Shown: piece after piece, positions 62,373 through 64,000 of the stretch
Position numbering within the stretch: position 1 is the stretch's first letter
Layout of the letters: every line of letters starts with the position of its first letter
NCBI RefSeq assembly: GCF_902713615.1
Contig: NC_052156.1
Location: 114,615,120-114,679,119 of the forward strand
Length of the DNA stretch: 64,000 bases
Source of the DNA: Scyliorhinus canicula
Lineage: Eukaryota
Reading direction: 5' to 3'
Notes under the pieces: model-generated
Told to the model about the DNA's origin: nothing
The model's input: the letters and a program-made list of their open reading frames with translations, nothing else
The model's database searches: none
Program-made: the position numbers and the translations under genes

Positions 62373-64000
62373 TGTAATAATTCTAGGAGGACCAGGCTAA
62401 AAGGCAAAGAACGTTTATTCTCCAACACAAATAAAGCTTACAAACCAAAAGTCCCAGGCCAGGACTATCGGGAACTGCCTGCCCAGGTCTGTGGGGCTGG
62501 TATTTGAGGCTCTGCAGGTGAGCCCCTCTCAGGCCTCCACCAGCTCAACAAGAACCTGTATTCCATGAAGCCCACAGGGAGGTCAATCCCATGTGGTCTT
62601 CGTATTCGTCAGGGCTGTAACATCCACCAAGCCCCCCCCCCCCCCCCCCCTCAAGTCCGTTGCATCCCTTTCACTCCCACGCTGATGGTGCCTCTTCTGC
62701 CTTTTGATGCTAGGCCTCAGGTCTATGGCAGATGGAACAGATCGGGAGGGTGAACTGGGATGGGGACTTCAGTTTCCTCGAAGAGCGCCCAAGGGTTACG
62801 TAAGGGGGTTCATCTTAAGTTCTGACCTCTGAATGCAAATGAACCTACTCAGCCTCCATCTCAGATCCTGAGTCTTTGTTGTCAAGGAGGAGAACCCTAG
62901 GGTCCCCCTGTGCCGGAGATGGATGTGAATGGCGTTGGGGACATAGTTTCCAATAGATTGAGCTCCCTACTCAGGTGTTCTAGGTGCTTTTCATGACCTT
63001 TTCTTGGACCTTGACGTTATAGGAGACAGGTCCTATCTTCTCCAATTTGACGCCAGGGATCCACTGGAGCCATCCCCGAAATTCCGCATCTCCTGTTTTA
63101 AATGTTCTCTTGAGTCACTTGCCATCGTTATTCTTATAGTAGTTCTCCTGGTTGAACTTCACCTCCCCACCAAATAGGGAAATAGGCTCAACCTGGTGCA
63201 CAGTCATTGTTTCGTCAATAATTCTGTCAGAGCGACTCCAATCATGGTGTGAGGTGTGATTCGGTAGTCAAACAGGAAACAAACCAATCTTGTGTCCATG
63301 GAACTTATTGGCTATTTCTTCATTCCGTTCTTGAATGGCTGTACCACCTGTTCTGCCAGACCATTGGACAGCATCTGGATGTGCTTGATGCCATTCGACT
63401 TCAAGAATGCCCAGAACTCCCCAATGATAGAGGTGGTACAAAGACATCTGGTGTGCTGTGGGTACAGAAACTTTGCAGGACTTTTTCTATTATTATATGA
63501 GAAGTCATGGTGGCCATGCTGTGCACGTCCAACCATTTAGAATGGGCGTTGATATGATAATAAACATTGACCCTAAGAACGGACCAGCGAAGTCTACGTG
63601 CACCTGTACCCATGTTCTTCCTAGCCATACCCATGGGTGTAAAGCTGCTAATTGTGGGAGTCTCTGGTTTTCCTGGCACAAGGAGCATTGCTTCACCTAG
63701 ATCTCGATATCTGCATTGAGCCTGAGCCACCAAATGCAGATCCTTGTGAGCATCTTCATCTTGGACATCTCTGGGTGACCGTTGTTTAACTCCACCAGAA
63801 TTGGACATTGACTGGGGCGGATGACAACTGCCTAGGATCCACATAGGATAATGTCATCTTCGACACTTAGTTCTTGACTTTTCATGAGGAAGGGCTTCAT
63901 GTCGTCTGTGGAGTAGTCCACCACTGAGGGTCATACGGCATAACTTGGACAATGTGAGGTCCTTCTGGGTCCAAGCTTTAATCCGTTTCACAGATACTGA
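62373..64000 (-). mobile_element. Decayed Gypsy element 3' part (LTR 62373-62622, PPT, integrase), running off the window
   Basis: C..CQ..Q..P..A.LHPW.W...W..VHVDFAGPF, AHSKW, SNGLAE.VV..FK; TG..CA LTR next to a G-rich PPT. Confidence 0.9.

Overview
This is repeat-dominated vertebrate DNA, most likely cartilaginous fish (shark-like), judged from abundant HE1/V-SINE-type tRNA-derived SINEs, a Deu/SacSINE1-like SINE and many CR1 copies. No intact protein-coding gene is supported; nearly all ORF-track ORFs are transposon remnants or reading-frame noise. The window holds about 21 tRNA-derived SINEs in four head/tail combinations; decayed CR1, L1/Tx1, RTE, L2 and Penelope-like retroelements; two decayed Gypsy elements; several solo LTRs with target-site duplications (TSDs); and a decayed PIF/Harbinger transposon (DDE transposase plus Myb/SANT gene) with many matching MITEs. 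Most notable observations: (1) an inverted Penelope pair whose two arms each carry a degenerate minimal hammerhead ribozyme, bounded by a 13-bp TSD; (2) a LINE whose EN-RT region follows a tRNA-like Pol III leader with no visible ORF1; (3) modular SINE head/tail swapping; (4) a four-level transposon nest; (5) a 36-bp templated insertion; (6) a candidate signal-peptide first exon at 60379-60455 on the minus strand. Boundaries were read by eye and are approximate unless a TSD is quoted.
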